A DNA stretch of 63,851 bases, filler included, from Guillardia theta CCMP2712 (lineage: Eukaryota > Protista > Cryptophyta): the NCBI RefSeq assembly GCF_000315625.1. It is 5 parts of 5 records of this genome, joined end to end, with 100 filler letters (N's around TTAATTAATTAA, not from the genome) between each part and the next. Parts side by side here need not be neighbours in the genome. Positions count along the whole stretch, not along the records: positions 61,413 to 63,851 come from NW_005434532.1; 4 more parts are not named here. One strand, 5' to 3'. This document shows, piece after piece, positions 61,564-63,851 of the stretch; the first letter of the stretch is position 1; each line of letters opens with the position of its first letter. The translations under genes were made by a program, and so were the position numbers. The notes beneath the pieces were generated by a model that did not search any database, was not told where the DNA came from, and saw only the letters and a list, made by a program, of their open reading frames with translations.

Positions 61564-63760
61564 ACTGAACAAGCGTGTGTGGGTTGCAGATGGAGTGTGA
61601 GAGGCAGCGGGAATGTCATGCCTACATATTCTTCGGGCTCAAGACGGAGGACGGGGAGCGTGCCGGGAGATGTTTCGGCAAGATGTGGAGAGCTGGGGAG
61701 AGAATCGAGTGGCTTCCTCGAGCTTACTTGCATGCGGTGAGATGAATGAGGATGGGGATGGCACGACCTTGCCGTGCCTTGAATACTCCTCCTCCTCCTT
61801 TCTCCTCTTCCTCCTTTCTGCTCCTTCTCTTCTCAACCTTGTTCGCTTCGTCGTCCTCTTCCACACTGCCTTCTGCTCCCCCGTCCTCTCTTCGTCTCCC
61901 CCGTCCTCTCATCCTCTCTCTCTTCCTCTTGCTCTTCACTCTACTCCACCATCCCACCATCTTCTCCCCTCTCTCCACTTGTCATCCTCCCTTTCCCTGT
62001 CTGCCCTCCTCAGTCTCCTTGCAGACTTGTGGTTTCGTTCCGAGCACAGCGAGCAAATACTCTCAGAGCAAATTCGGACGAACGTCATTGCTGTGGTTGC
62101 TGAGGACAGCCGTTGAACGCATGATCTCGGTACGGAGGAAGAGGAAGAGGAAGAGGCGAGGGCGGGACGAGGAGGAGATGATGATGATGATGAGGAAGGG
62201 ATGGGTTGGAGGAGACGAGGAATAGGATGAAGATGACTTGAAGAGGAGGTTGATGTTTGACGTTTGTTGAGACGTACAGAATTCTGTTTGTGAGTCTTCT
62301 TCAGCTGATTTTCTCGTCAGAGCTCCTTCTGGGCGATAAGTGAGCTTTCCTCGCACCCTCAAATCCTCGGCGGCATCGTTGCGACTCTGCTCACTCTTGC
62401 CTGGCTGCTTCACTACATCAAGACGCGACGAGAGGTGAAAGGAGGTGGCTGGTGCTGGTGCTGGTGCTGGTGCTGGTGCTGGTGCTGGTGCTGCTTCTCC
62501 TCCTTCTCCTTCTCCTCCTCTTCCTCCAGCTGCCGGTGCTTCTGGTGCTTCTGGTGCTTCTGGTGCTAGTGTTGCTGCTGCTCTTAGTCTTCCCATCACT
62601 TGTCTTCGCTCTCTCCCTCTCCTCTGGTTTCCTTGCCCTCGTCATGCTCCTACTCCTTCTCCTGATCATGCTCCTGCTCATGTCAGGAGGAGATGAAGCG
62701 AGTGGAACAGAAAAGAGAAGAATATCGGCAGGCAGAGCTGAGGCGGATCAGAGAAGAGGTCTGGAAGGAGGAGGAGTAGGAGGGAGGGGAGGGGGAGGGG
62801 AGAGGGAGGAGGGAGGGGAGGGGGACCAGGACGAGACGAAGGAGAGGGGGAGGGGAGCAGGAGGAACAGCAGTGCTGGAAAGGGACAATGAAATGATTTT
62901 CAGGTGAGCGAAAGGGAACGGCAGAAGGAGCTCAGCAAGCAGCTCAAGCGAGAGCTGTGGGAGGCAGAGAAGCTGGAGGAGGAAAGAAAGAAGAAGGAGA
63001 TCGAAGCCAATGAGGTGAGGAGGAGGGGAGAAGGAGATGAGGGAGGGAGGGAGGGAGAGAGAGGGAGAGAGAAAGAAGAGCAGGAGCAGGAGCAGGAGCA
63101 AGGATTGTTCTGATGCTGAATTTTGCAGATTTTGCTGCGAGAAAGAATGCAGAACAAGTATAACCATTTGGAGCAGAAGAAACGAACCGCGAGAGAGCAG
63201 AAGAAGAAGGAAGAGGAAGAGAAGAAGCGAAAGCAGCAGGAGGAGGAACTGAAGAGGAGGCTGCCTGCACTGTGAGAGCCTGACGAGAAAGGGGAGGAGG
63301 AGGGAATGAAGGGGAGGGAATGAAGGGGGAGGGGGAGGGGGAGAGGAGGAGCTGAGGGAGAAGGATGGGAATGACAGGTTGTCAGGTACAAGGAGGCAGC
63401 AAGGGGAATATGCGAGGAGGAGGAGGAAGCCTCATCCGGTCGACGCCTTGGTGAGGAGGAGGGGGAGGAGGAGAGGAGGAGAGGAGGAGGATACTGATAC
63501 TGGCTGACTGTCATGACAGGAGGAGAGCAGGGCAGTGGAGACTCTGCCGAGAACGTGAGAACGAGATGGAAGGAGGAAGAGGGACAGAGATAAGTGGAAG
63601 AGGGTGAGGGAAGTGGGGAGAAGAGCGGGGAAGAGGAGACGGAGGAGAAAGGAGGAGGAGGAGCTGAGTGGGCGGAGTTGATTTCTGGTCAGGCAAGGAT
63701 GGCGAGCGTGCGAGCAGCGGCACAGCGACTTGATGCTGCTGTCTCCTCGGGAGAGGTAGG
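61564..63760 (+). CDS. Fragmented multi-exon hypothetical gene among low-complexity introns
   Basis: Short exon-like segments with GT/AG borders (e.g. 62024-62129, 62904-63013, 63129-63268) are separated by GGA/TCC-rich tracts. Confidence 0.3.
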
Positions 63761-63851
63761 AGGAGGAGGAGGAGGAGGAGGAGGAGGAGGGGTGGGGAGG
63801 AGGGAGGAGGGAGGAGGGAGGAGGAGGAAGAGGTGGTGGTGGTGGAGGTGG

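Overview
Eukaryotic nuclear scaffold. Introns are short (about 50 bp GT-AG), telomeric repeats are TTTAGGG, and one gene has a bipartite plastid-targeting leader. The style suggests a cryptophyte such as Guillardia theta, which is an inference only. The window has three zones. (1) 1-21.2 kb is a subtelomeric patchwork of mobile or foreign DNA. It holds a large intronless Cys-rich ORF running off the left edge, a RAG1/Transib/Chapaev-like DDE transposase with a convergent BAH-like gene, an intron-containing Crypton tyrosine recombinase, a headless virus-type GIY-YIG nuclease and a Crinkler/RHS-type NTPase+REase gene. It ends in (TTTAGGG)n plus a 19-bp satellite. (2) 21.3-45 kb has a terminally redundant contig carrying a second CR-type NTPase+REase gene. 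After it comes a head-to-tail array of telomere-inserted non-LTR retroelements separated by short telomeric tracts. One element is apparently intact and autonomous: ORF1 plus a 2499-aa ORF2 with Ulp1 protease, APE, RT, degenerate RNase H, Zn finger and restriction-like endonuclease (Dualen/RandI-like). Several relatives are ORF1-only or truncated (HeT-A-like). This array is the best candidate for an undescribed system. (3) 45-63.8 kb has ordinary host genes: Nudix-like, DDX24/MAK5, RCC1-repeat, Aladin, organellar rpS16 and a mucin-like membrane protein. All protein calls come from motifs read by eye; no database searches were run.
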